A stretch of DNA of 64,000 nt from a candidate division WOR-3 bacterium (GTDB taxonomy: Bacteria > Hydrothermota > Hydrothermia > JBDRYB01). The notes below the pieces were generated by a model. The model had not been told where the DNA came from. It worked only from the letters and a program-made list of their open reading frames with translations, and did no database searches. The position numbers and the translations under genes were made by a program. The DNA lies in NCBI GenBank assembly GCA_039803205.1, contig JBDRYB010000003.1, forward strand, positions 80,885 to 144,884. The letters are read 5' to 3'. Of this stretch, positions 36,873-48,438 are shown one piece after another (positions within the stretch are counted from its first letter, which is position 1; every line of letters starts with the position of its first letter).

Positions 36873-37710
36873 TCTTAGCCTCCTTGGTCTTTAGGAACAG
36901 CTCCAGGGACTCCTTTTCCATGGCCTTATAAGCGTCAAGGCGCTTCATGAGAAGGTCAAAATCAACCTTGTGCCCGTCCATCTCAGGCCCATCAACGCAC
37001 GCGAACTTTGTCTTTCCATCAACCTCAACCCTGCAGGCTCCGCACATCCCTGTGCCGTCAACCATTATGGAGTTCAGAGAGACTATTGTCGGTATGCCGT
37101 AGGGCCTTGTTAGCTCGGATACGACCTTCATCATTATAGCAGGGCCAACCGCTATTACCCTGTCTATCTTCTCGCCGGATTCAAGGATGTCTCTGAGCTC
37201 ATCCGAGACAAAGCCCTTGCGCCCTCGGGAACCATCATCCGTTGTTATCCTGAGCTCGTCAACTATGGGCCTGAACCAGTCCTCCAGAACGAGGAGCTCT
37301 GCTGTTCTCGCGCCCTCTATCATGATTATCCTGTTCCCTACTTCCTTTAGGGCCTTCACAATTGGGTAGAGAAGCGGAACACCTATTCCGCCTCCTACAG
37401 CGACCACTGTTCCGAAAAGCTCTATCTCCGACGCCCTTCCAAGGGGTCCAACTACATCAAGAATCTCGTCCCCTGCCTCAAGGGTCCCGAGGTGATATGT
37501 TGTCTTGCCGACCTCCTGGAAAGCGATGGTTAAGGTCCCTTTCTCCTTGTCCGCCTTGCCTATGGTGATGGGGATCCGCTCGCCCTGCTCGTGGATCCTT
37601 AGGACGATAAACTGACCCGGCTTCGCGGCCCGGGCCACATACGGAGCCTCTATCTCCATGAGCTTTATTTGCGGAGCGAGGATTTCCTTTCGGAGTATCT
37701 TGAACGGCAT
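36865..37710 (-). CDS. nfnA: NfnA/SudB small subunit (PyrK-like FAD/2Fe-2S)
   Basis: GERIPITI, VGPLG, GGGIG, TDDGS and MVDGTGMCGACRV..CVDGPE motifs. Confidence 0.9.
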   Translation of the reverse strand: MPFKILRKEILAPQIKLMEIEAPYVARAAKPGQFIVLRIHEQGERIPITIGKADKEKGTLTIAFQEVGKTTYHLGTLEAGDEILDVVGPLGRASEIELFGTVVAVGGGIGVPLLYPIVKALKEVGNRIIMIEGARTAELLVLEDWFRPIVDELRITTDDGSRGRKGFVSDELRDILESGEKIDRVIAVGPAIMMKVVSELTRPYGIPTIVSLNSIMVDGTGMCGACRVEVDGKTKFACVDGPEMDGHKVDFDLLMKRLDAYKAMEKESLELFLKTKEAKNA

Positions 37711-37795
37711 GTTTTACTCCTTTCTGTAAGGGAGAATATTATAGTGGACAGGCTCGCGTGGGGACAACCGAGAGCGGGTCCTATGAAAGGGTTGC

Positions 37796-38482
37796 TCAAA
37801 ACATGATCCTCATGGTTAGACCCCCGTATGGTTTTAAGGTTCTGGTTTTAGCCAAGGGCCTATCCAAAGCCAGCAGAGTCCCCTCAGCGGACACCCCAAC
37901 GAACCCATAGTTCAGGACCAGATTTATGAAGCCACCGTAGTCAAGGACATTCCCGGAGTAGGCCTTGTTCCATTGAGCGATGTCCACCCGAGAGAAAACG
38001 ACCTTCGGGCCCACCCCAAAGCTCGCGAATGGGTTCCCCAGGGAAACCATTCCGCCTCCCACGAGATATGTGGTTTCCCCTTTCTCATGACCCCCCCAGG
38101 AATCCGATTCCTCGTGAGAATTGTAGCCAGCTTTGAGGATGAGGGCAGCAGCCGCGTTGTCGCCGGAAAACAGGACCCCCTTACTCCTCAAACCAAGTCC
38201 TACCAGCCCCACTCCCTCAGCCCCAAAGCTCAGGAACGGGACAGGGGAAAAGTCAGCCCCAATGAGAGTGATGGGCACCGTGTAGGAGGGATTCGTGGGG
38301 TATCCGGAGGGGGTATCCTGTGGAATATCCTCAACGATCTCATCGTAGCCTCTCGTGAATTCCAGCCCTGAGCGGAAAGCCAGAGTCTTCCGAGAAGGAA
38401 ATGCGCTCTCGTAGAAGCCCAAGGGTGCCACAGCGCACCCAGAGAACACCGCAGCTCCAACAAGAAAAATTAGCCTACTCAT
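37796..38482 (-). CDS. Hypothetical lipoprotein/outer-membrane barrel
   Basis: Lipobox FSGC, beta-strand pattern, terminal Phe. Confidence 0.6.
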   Translation of the reverse strand: MSRLIFLVGAAVFSGCAVAPLGFYESAFPSRKTLAFRSGLEFTRGYDEIVEDIPQDTPSGYPTNPSYTVPITLIGADFSPVPFLSFGAEGVGLVGLGLRSKGVLFSGDNAAAALILKAGYNSHEESDSWGGHEKGETTYLVGGGMVSLGNPFASFGVGPKVVFSRVDIAQWNKAYSGNVLDYGGFINLVLNYGFVGVSAEGTLLALDRPLAKTRTLKPYGGLTMRIMF

Positions 38483-38545
38483 AAGGTATGAAATTTTAGA
38501 GCTTACGCGGGAATGGGATCAACCAGTGGGCATCTATGCGAGTGT

Positions 38546-38575
38546 TTGCGATTCATTTATGAAGTAAGTTATAAT
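38546..38575 (+). promoter_or_regulatory. Sigma70-type promoter
   Basis: TTGCGA-18 nt-TATAAT upstream of a GGGAGG RBS. Confidence 0.6.
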
Positions 38576-38600
38576 ATGCTCCCTATATGGGAGGTGTGTT

Positions 38601-39716
38601 ATGTATATCTTACTGAGTCTGTTGGGAGTAAGTGGAGCCTGGGGGCCGGATTGCCCTGAGTGCGGGGACGAGATATCCGGCGGGCCCAGGCATGGTGGAA
38701 CCGGCATCAGCTTCTACTACGCTGATACGCTCCGCGGGAACTATGTCACTGGCGATACCGGCCTTTATTATGTCACCTCAGGCACCATAACGATAAGCGG
38801 GATACCATCGGGGGCAACCGTGACGAAAGCCTTTCTGATATGGACATGCCTTATGTCCGCGAGTAATCCATCTATAACCTTCAACGGGAACCCCATAACT
38901 GGAACCCTCATTGGGACTGCCCCAACGCCGTGCAGAGCCGGGGATGGGCCCGCTTGGTGCTACATCGCAGATGTGACCAACCGTGTTACTGGCAACGGGG
39001 TCTACACGGTTTCAGGTTTCCCGACCAGAACTGAGGGCGCCTCTCTCATCGTCATATATGAACGGGCCGCTGATCCCCTGCGCAACATAGTTTTTTACAC
39101 CGGAGCCTACACCATAGAGGGCGGCCTATACTACAGATACGACTGGACAATGACAAACTTCAGGGCCGATAACCCAGTTGGTTACGCCAAGATAACCTTC
39201 TTCTTTTACGACGGCCAGGACATACCGAACGGCTCTGACTGCGGATGGGAATATCTGTATTACGAGGCATACGCTGATTCCAACAAGCAGTTGATAGCCG
39301 GGTGGGATGGCGCTTATTGGGATGACACAACCTTCAATATGACAGCCTGGACCCCTCCGGGAGCAACATCCATACAGGTTGGCTACGCTACGGATTGCGA
39401 TAACCACAGTCAAGGGGGTTGCACGGATTGTATAGGAACCATGGGCGCGATATTGGCCGTTAATACCCCTGATCCTACTGGAGCGGAGGAGACTGCGGAT
39501 GCTGGGCTGATCCGTTTCGGCCCGGGCTATGTTGAGCTTCTCTCTGGAACGAGCGGAACCATGAGCGCGTATTCTCCCGATGGAAGGCTTGTTTTGGTTC
39601 TGGGTTCTGGGGAGCTATCTCCTGGCAGATACGACCTCTCGCGCCTTGGCCCCGGGGTCTACATCCTGAGACTCACGGGGGAACGACCAGCAATGGAAAA
39701 GGTTCTCGTGCGTTAG
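38601..39716 (+). CDS. Secreted Cys-containing protein (DUF3344-like domain) with T9SS-like C-terminal domain
   Basis: IPSGATVTKAFLIW, ADVT.V.GNG.Y and GASLIVIY motifs. C-terminus YSPDGRLV...PGVYIL...KVLVR. Confidence 0.65.
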   Translation: MYILLSLLGVSGAWGPDCPECGDEISGGPRHGGTGISFYYADTLRGNYVTGDTGLYYVTSGTITISGIPSGATVTKAFLIWTCLMSASNPSITFNGNPITGTLIGTAPTPCRAGDGPAWCYIADVTNRVTGNGVYTVSGFPTRTEGASLIVIYERAADPLRNIVFYTGAYTIEGGLYYRYDWTMTNFRADNPVGYAKITFFFYDGQDIPNGSDCGWEYLYYEAYADSNKQLIAGWDGAYWDDTTFNMTAWTPPGATSIQVGYATDCDNHSQGGCTDCIGTMGAILAVNTPDPTGAEETADAGLIRFGPGYVELLSGTSGTMSAYSPDGRLVLVLGSGELSPGRYDLSRLGPGVYILRLTGERPAMEKVLVR

Positions 39717-40489
39717 CTGGTTTTCGTGACCTTAAGGAGTTTCACCCTCTGAGGGGTTGCATCCACAACCTCTATTCTCAAATTCTCTAACTCCACCTTC
39801 TCCCCTTTTTTGGGGACATGGCCGAGGCGCTCTATGACGAATCCGCCAAGGGAAAGTGCCTCCTCAGATGAGAGATTCATCCCGATGATCTCTGATGCCT
39901 CCTCAAGATCAAGCCTCGCAGATATGAGCCATGAGCCGTCAGGGAGGGTTCTGTAAGTAAATTCCTCCCTGTCATACTCCTCCCATATGTCCCCCACTAT
40001 CTCCTCAAGGATATCCTCAGTTGTGACCAAGCCGACGAGGGAACCATACTCGTCAACCACAAGAGCGATGGACGCCTTTTCCCTCTGAAAAAGCCTGAGG
40101 GTATCAAGCGCCAGCTGGGCGTGCGGGACGAAGAGGGGTTTTATTGCAAGATCCCCAGCCCTCATCTCATCCAGCTTGTCCAGGAATTTTATCACCTCTT
40201 TTATGTGAAGGACACCGACCACCTCCTCGCCTTCATCCGTGAGAACCGGTATCTTTGAATATCCGTGCTCCTTGTATTCTTCAACCACCTCTCTGAGGGT
40301 CTGGCTTGCCCTGGCAGTTTCCGCGTCAACGCGGGGAACCATTATCTCCTCAACCGTGGTCTCCTTTGCCTCCAGGATGGATACGAGCAATTCCTGCATG
40401 TGTGAGGAGAGGATCCCACGCTTGGTTGCCTCAGCCAGAAGCCTCTCAATGTCCTCAGTCCCCTTTATCCTCCTGCCAAACATCCTCAT
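39713..40489 (-). CDS. CorC/HlyC family CBS-domain protein
   Basis: EIMVPR, YSKIPV and VVDEYG...TTEDILEEIVGDIWEEYD motifs, plus CorC_HlyC domain. Confidence 0.9.
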   Translation of the reverse strand: MRMFGRRIKGTEDIERLLAEATKRGILSSHMQELLVSILEAKETTVEEIMVPRVDAETARASQTLREVVEEYKEHGYSKIPVLTDEGEEVVGVLHIKEVIKFLDKLDEMRAGDLAIKPLFVPHAQLALDTLRLFQREKASIALVVDEYGSLVGLVTTEDILEEIVGDIWEEYDREEFTYRTLPDGSWLISARLDLEEASEIIGMNLSSEEALSLGGFVIERLGHVPKKGEKVELENLRIEVVDATPQRVKLLKVTKTS

Positions 40490-41120
40490 CTCCTCCGTTA
40501 ATCCTTGGAAAACCGCCCTCCTCCTTCACCAGGCCAGCGGATATTACCATCTTCAAACCCTCCTCCACGGTGAGGTCCACGGGTCTCACCTCATCCTTTG
40601 GCACGATCATGTACCATCCGGATGTGGGATTGGGAGCGGTTGGAACATATATGTTCAGGTGTTCCTTTCCATCTATCACCCAGGGCTCTGGGCTGGTTAT
40701 GAACCCTATTGCCCAAGTGCCCCTGTATGGAAACTGAACGAGGACAACGCTCCTGAAAGCGGGTTTCTTGCCGGTCAGGACCGCATCAACAACCTGCCGA
40801 GATGCCGAGTATATGCTCTTTATCACGGGTGGCTTGCTCATTATGTTCTCCGCGGCCCTGACGAGGCTCCTTCCGATATAGCTGGTCGCTATCGCACCAA
40901 CGATATAGATTAGGAAAAGGATTATCAGAAGGCCCAGAAGAAGAAGTATGGGGCCGGGCACAAATCTCAGGAATGGGAGGAGTCTCAGGAGGTCAACGCT
41001 CCAGCCTGCTATGAAGTTTATGAAAAGCCAGATTATGACGAATGTGGTGATCACCGGTAGCATGACCGCCACCCCGGCCAGAAACCGTCTCCTCGTCTTT
41101 ATCCAGAACCTACCTGCCAT
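40455..41120 (-). CDS. DUF502 membrane protein
   Basis: FLAGV...P..IY..SRQ, IGFIT and VPTAPNPTSGW motifs. Confidence 0.88.
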   Translation of the reverse strand: MAGRFWIKTRRRFLAGVAVMLPVITTFVIIWLFINFIAGWSVDLLRLLPFLRFVPGPILLLLGLLIILFLIYIVGAIATSYIGRSLVRAAENIMSKPPVIKSIYSASRQVVDAVLTGKKPAFRSVVLVQFPYRGTWAIGFITSPEPWVIDGKEHLNIYVPTAPNPTSGWYMIVPKDEVRPVDLTVEEGLKMVISAGLVKEEGGFPRINGGDEDVWQEDKGD

Positions 41121-41880
41121 AGAGTGCCTCTAGGATTATGGGAAGCGCAACCCCTGCTCCTGCACGGAATATGAAATCGCAATCGGCCGATAAGGGGGTT
41201 TCTCTAGGGTTGACCTCAACCAGCACGGAGCCGCGCCTTTTGGCGAGATAGGGGAGTGAGGCCGCGGGTTGAACGAGGCCGCTCGTTCCGACCGAGAAGA
41301 ATACCTGGGCCCCTGATGAGAGCTCAAAGGCTTTCTCCAGTGCATAGGTCGGCAGTGGCTCACCGAACCAGACTATATCTGGCCTCGCAAGCGCTCCGCA
41401 AGCAGGGCAATGGGGCATCCCATCAGGGCCAAGAGGGGCCTCTTCAAGGGGAAAGATGGAGCGACAGGAGGTGCATCTTGCCCTGGCGAGGTTCCCGTGA
41501 AGCTCAATTATCCTTCGTGAGCCAGCACGCTGGTGAAGGCCGTCAACATTCTGGGTTATCAGATAAAAATCCGGAAATATCCGCTCCATCTCAGCGAGAG
41601 CGAGGTGGCCTGGGTTCGGTTTTGCCTCCTTTACATTCTCAGCCCTTGCCCTATACCAGTCCCAGACCGTTTTCGGGTCCCTCGCGAAAGCCTCCGGGGA
41701 GGCCAAGTCCTCTGGCCTGAGCCTAGACCATACCCCATCAGGGTCCCTGAATGTCGGTATCCCGCTCTCAGCTGAGACTCCAGCGCCGGTTAGAACAACT
41801 GCTCTCTGGAAACCACCCACAGCCCGCGCTAGAGCACGGGCCTCCCTTCGCAAGGAACTGTCCGAGTCTTCCTTATCCAT
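41110..41880 (-). CDS. cobB: NAD-dependent sirtuin deacylase
   Basis: TGAGVSAESGIPTFR, TQNVDGLH, ELHG, two CxxC and GTSG motifs. Confidence 0.95.
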   Translation of the reverse strand: MDKEDSDSSLRREARALARAVGGFQRAVVLTGAGVSAESGIPTFRDPDGVWSRLRPEDLASPEAFARDPKTVWDWYRARAENVKEAKPNPGHLALAEMERIFPDFYLITQNVDGLHQRAGSRRIIELHGNLARARCTSCRSIFPLEEAPLGPDGMPHCPACGALARPDIVWFGEPLPTYALEKAFELSSGAQVFFSVGTSGLVQPAASLPYLAKRRGSVLVEVNPRETPLSADCDFIFRAGAGVALPIILEALYGR

Positions 41881-41970
41881 TTGGCGATAATGATAAAGGC
41901 CTAGGTTTTAGGGTTTCAAGCGCGAGTTGAAATCATTTGGGCTTTGCCTTTAAAATTATGAAAGGTATCT

Positions 41971-43746
41971 ATGCCGCTCAGGGGTAAACGGATCCTCCTC
42001 GATCCCGGACACGGGGGCGAGGAGTATGGAGCTGTTGGGCCTGGTGGGCTGAAGGAGAAGGATGTTAACCTCTCGGTTGCCTTTTTTCTGAGGGATATGT
42101 TATCAGGGGCGGGCGCGGAGGTCTTCATGACGAGAGAGGGGGATGAGACCATTTCCAGGTGGGAGAGACGCGATATTGCAAACCAGCTGAAGCCTGACGC
42201 ATATGTCTCCATACACCACAACGCCTCGCCTGAGGAGTTCACGAACCGAGTTGAGGTCTACTATCCGTGGGTGGCTCAGGGCCCTTCCGTTGACCTCGCT
42301 TGGATAGTCGCTCACAGGCTCTCAGAGGCCATGGGCCTACCGTTCAGGAATCCCCTCCCCTCAAAGTATACGGTGATGCAGGTAGATGTGGAACCCGCTA
42401 TACTCACCGAGGCATCATACATAGCTGATCCGCGGGAGGAGATGTTCCTGAGAAATGAAAAGCGCAGGCGGGAAGAGGCCAGAGCCATATTTGAGTCCCT
42501 TAAATACTACTTTGAGGTTCCAGGGCCAACCATAAGGTCCGTGAGCATATCGGAGGGAAGGGTTCTGGTGAAGGTGGATGGAGAGATGGAACCCCTATAC
42601 AGCACGGTTCGCATAAACGGCCAAGAACCCATATTTGAGGTCTCGCCAGAAGGGCTTTCGGTTTATCTGCCATTTCTTTCAAACGGGCTCCATGTTGTGG
42701 AATGCATTGTCCGGAATCACTGGGGAAGGAGCTCAAAGCTGGTCAGGCACGAGTTCATGGTGAAGCGTCCTGCTGCTGCCTTTGCCGCCTCGGTTTTTCC
42801 TCCCATTGTTCCATACAAAACAGAAGCGCCTCTGCTTCTAACCATTGAGGTGCTCGATCACTACGGGATGGCTGTTGCCGACGGGACGCCAGTTGATGTG
42901 GAGATACTGGAACCCTCGGGCGAGACCATTAGGGAGTCGTTCACCACTGATCACGGCGCTGTTCTCTATCCCTGGAGGACCAACGCCACATCCGCGAGGA
43001 TAAGGCTATCATCAGGGAGGGCGCAAAGGATCATTCCAGTTGAGATACGCAGGGACAGCCGGTATTCAATGTTTGCTGGTGAGATAACGCCGCCGGGCAA
43101 GAATGTCCGGGTCCGTTACAGATCTCACAGCTTCCCCGCTCTGGGCGGCCGATACTTCTGGATATCTGGTCTAGGCGGCATTTCAGGGGATATAGAGATA
43201 TGGGCTATGGGCTACAAACCGCAGATAATAGAGGTGGAGATCCCACCAGGTGGCTCGGAGTTCCGAAAGATAACCCTTGAACCCCTTCAGGGTGGGCTTC
43301 TGCTCGATAGGAGGTTTTACATAGACATAGGCGATCCGAGGCTCATGCCCGTCGCGACCGAGCTCAGACACCTCCTTTCCTTTCACGGTGCCACGGTTAA
43401 GATGTCCCAGACAACTCAGATAACATGGGCTCCAGAGGAACACTCTGCTTGGGAGGCGCAGGAGTTCGGGTCTGAGGTTCTGGTCTCTCTGGATGTGAGG
43501 CCAAAGAGGCAGGTGAAATACTACTATCTTGACAGGAAGGGCACGGCCCTCGCGGAGATAATAAAGGCTGAGCTTGACTCCCTCGGGTATGAATACGAGA
43601 TGGCGGAGAGCGGCCAGTATATACTAATACATCCGGATGGGGCACGGGTTGCCGTTCACCTTCCCGTTGACGGCGCCCTATCCGGCATAGCCGAGGCTAT
43701 ATTCAAAGGGATCCTTAACTACGCTGTTATAGAGTTCTCAGGGTGA
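41971..43746 (+). CDS. N-acetylmuramoyl-L-alanine amidase (Amidase_3) with Ig-like region and degenerate second amidase-like domain
   Basis: DPGHGG, EKDVNL, SIHHNA and ILTEAS motifs. Confidence 0.85.
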   Translation: MPLRGKRILLDPGHGGEEYGAVGPGGLKEKDVNLSVAFFLRDMLSGAGAEVFMTREGDETISRWERRDIANQLKPDAYVSIHHNASPEEFTNRVEVYYPWVAQGPSVDLAWIVAHRLSEAMGLPFRNPLPSKYTVMQVDVEPAILTEASYIADPREEMFLRNEKRRREEARAIFESLKYYFEVPGPTIRSVSISEGRVLVKVDGEMEPLYSTVRINGQEPIFEVSPEGLSVYLPFLSNGLHVVECIVRNHWGRSSKLVRHEFMVKRPAAAFAASVFPPIVPYKTEAPLLLTIEVLDHYGMAVADGTPVDVEILEPSGETIRESFTTDHGAVLYPWRTNATSARIRLSSGRAQRIIPVEIRRDSRYSMFAGEITPPGKNVRVRYRSHSFPALGGRYFWISGLGGISGDIEIWAMGYKPQIIEVEIPPGGSEFRKITLEPLQGGLLLDRRFYIDIGDPRLMPVATELRHLLSFHGATVKMSQTTQITWAPEEHSAWEAQEFGSEVLVSLDVRPKRQVKYYYLDRKGTALAEIIKAELDSLGYEYEMAESGQYILIHPDGARVAVHLPVDGALSGIAEAIFKGILNYAVIEFSG

Positions 43747-44516
43747 AACTTTACGATACCCACGCGCACCTAAACGACCCTATCTTTGCAGATGACCTGA
43801 ACGATGTCCTCAAGAGGGCGAGGGATGCCGGAGTATGCATGGTAAACATAGTTGGCTGGGATATCCAATCCTCTCGCGATGCGATCAGGGTCTCCGAGAA
43901 GTATCCTGATATTCTCAGAGCAATAGTGGGATTTCATCCGAATTACTCGGCTGGTTGGCGGGATAGCTGGCTCTCGGAGCTGGAGAAGCTCCTTGAAAAC
44001 CCTTTGGTTGTTGGGATAGGTGAGATCGGGATGGATGCTTATTGGAGCTACGCTTCGCTTTCCGATCAGGAGAAAGCCTTCAGGTCCCAGCTCATGCTGG
44101 CAAAAGATAAAGGCCTTCCAGTTGTCCTCCACATCAGAAAGGCATTTGACAGGGTTTTGCCCATCCTTGAGGAAATGAGGCCGCAGAAGGCCCTTTTCCA
44201 CGCCTTCTCAGGGGGCACAAACGAGGCGCTCTGGGCAACTGAGCGAGGTTATCCCATATCCGTGACAGGGGTCATCGTTCTCGGTTCAAAGAGACTCAGA
44301 TCGGTAGTCCGGAGGATCGGATTATCCTGGCTGGTCGCTGAGACGGATTGCCCATACATATCCCCCATAAGGGGCCATAGGAACGAACCGGCCAATGTTA
44401 GGCTGGTCGTGGAGAAAATATCTGAGCTCCTGAACACGCCTGTGGGGTATGTGGCGCAGGTCATCTGGGAGAACTCGTCCCGGTTCTTCTTGAACGCTCC
44501 CCTTCGTTCCCCTTAA
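43743..44516 (+). CDS. tatD: TatD family hydrolase
   Basis: DTHAHL, GFHP, GEIGMD, LHIR, HAFSG and ETDCPY motifs. Confidence 0.93.
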   Translation: MKLYDTHAHLNDPIFADDLNDVLKRARDAGVCMVNIVGWDIQSSRDAIRVSEKYPDILRAIVGFHPNYSAGWRDSWLSELEKLLENPLVVGIGEIGMDAYWSYASLSDQEKAFRSQLMLAKDKGLPVVLHIRKAFDRVLPILEEMRPQKALFHAFSGGTNEALWATERGYPISVTGVIVLGSKRLRSVVRRIGLSWLVAETDCPYISPIRGHRNEPANVRLVVEKISELLNTPVGYVAQVIWENSSRFFLNAPLRSP

Positions 44517-44546
44517 AATTTCCCTCCGATTGTAGGAGGTTTTAAC

Positions 44547-45023
44547 ATGAAAAAGGCTCTTTGCATGGCGATGATGGGTGTTCTTCTCTCTTGCGGCGGG
44601 AAAAAGGAAGCAAAGAAGGAAGCCCCTGTTGTGATGATGGGTCAGTGGGCCGAGAGCAATATCTGGGGGCTCAGGGTTGACAGCATCTCTGACAAGATAA
44701 CCCCTGGCATGGACAGATACTACAAGCTAGTCTACGCGTCGGTGAAGAACATCACCCAGTCAGAACAGCCCTTCATGCTTCAAGACATGGCCCTTGTAAT
44801 GCTCGTGGAGAGGAGGGACACCGCAGAGATGAAATATCAGATAGATGGCATAGTTTCCCAGTCCGAGATGAACAAGCGAAAATATCCCGTCTCAACAACG
44901 GTGAAGGCCGGGGGAGAAACCAAGGTCATCCTTGCCTACAGCCTTCCGGTTGAGGCCAGGCCGAACCTCCTAAAGGTTAACGATGGGGTGGGTCCAAAGG
45001 TTAGTTATGTGAGGCTTGAATAA
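44547..45023 (+). CDS. Lipoprotein (DUF4352-like Ig fold)
   Basis: Lipobox LLSC and AGGAGG RBS. Confidence 0.65.
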   Translation: MKKALCMAMMGVLLSCGGKKEAKKEAPVVMMGQWAESNIWGLRVDSISDKITPGMDRYYKLVYASVKNITQSEQPFMLQDMALVMLVERRDTAEMKYQIDGIVSQSEMNKRKYPVSTTVKAGGETKVILAYSLPVEARPNLLKVNDGVGPKVSYVRLE

Positions 45024-45044
45024 AATAACCCCATATCCCCCTGG

Positions 45045-45704
45045 TTATTGCACCTCGTAATCAACCAGCTCGTTGCCGTTGGTTTCCGCCGAGTCCTGGG
45101 AATAGATAACCCCGACCCCTGGATAAACCCAGTTGAACATGGTTGTGCTTGAGTATGGGACTCCCTCCACAAACCATGTCCACCTGTAGGCAACCTTATA
45201 GCAGTCAGTAAAGTTCCCGGCCGGCACATTCTTGTCTTCCTGAGAGAGGACCTCGGCCAGGACCAGGACCCTGATGTTCACCGGCGGCGGAAAGTCTATG
45301 GTCGTGTCCCTGTCCATCGCTGTCCAGGTGTCGCCAACCGCGAGGTTCTCTTCCTTTATGGCCTTGAAATCAGCAGTTATAAGCAGGGATATGGGGCTGT
45401 CAATCTGGACCTCATATGTCATCCATTCAAACCCTCCTTCGTAGTAAGCGATGAAGGTGTCAACATACTGGGTGTCCGGGGTATAGGCCCTGGTCTCCAC
45501 CACGAAGCCAGCCTTGCCGTTGTGGGTTGTGTCCGAAACGATAACGACAGTGTCATAGCTGGTGGTGTCAGGGGTGTTCCTGTGAAACCACCAGTTCCCG
45601 ACCGTCAGGGGTATGGTTTTTGGAGGGGTTGTCCCCTCGCCGCCATCGCGGCCGCAGCCCGCAAGCATGACTGCGATCGTTCCGCATAGTGTAAGTCTTT
45701 TCAT
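45045..45704 (-). CDS. Hypothetical lipoprotein
   Basis: Lipobox LAGC, PLTVGNWW and VPAGNFTDC..W.YPGVG motifs. Confidence 0.75.
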   Translation of the reverse strand: MKRLTLCGTIAVMLAGCGRDGGEGTTPPKTIPLTVGNWWFHRNTPDTTSYDTVVIVSDTTHNGKAGFVVETRAYTPDTQYVDTFIAYYEGGFEWMTYEVQIDSPISLLITADFKAIKEENLAVGDTWTAMDRDTTIDFPPPVNIRVLVLAEVLSQEDKNVPAGNFTDCYKVAYRWTWFVEGVPYSSTTMFNWVYPGVGVIYSQDSAETNGNELVDYEVQ

Positions 45705-45769
45705 GATAAACTCCCTTTCTGAGCTAGCAGATTATAGGACAAGATCCAAAGAGGGATCAAGATCCCGAA

Positions 45770-45812
45770 CTCCAAAAATGCGATCGCCGAAGAGGTATGA
45801 ACAGGATGTCAA
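45770..45812. repeat. 43-bp repeat, copy 2
   Basis: Exact reverse complement of 31079-31121. Intergenic. Confidence 0.9.
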
Positions 45813-45998
45813 ACTCCGAGATCATGGAGAAAGGTGGGTGAGTTCATCCAGAAAGGGATAGTCCCTCGAGCATTCAGGAGGGTTTCACGATCCTTGAGTA
45901 TTACACGAGGAGAAGGGGAATAATGTTCATAGCGAAACTCTGAGCGTGCCCCGCGCGAGCTTGAACTGGATTACCCCCTTCATTTATACTTTAGCCCG

Positions 45999-48388
<2,390 letters not shown>

Positions 48389-48438
48389 GCTTATAAACCA
48401 TAAGCCGCTTGTTGATTATTGGAGGCTCTATCCTGGGC

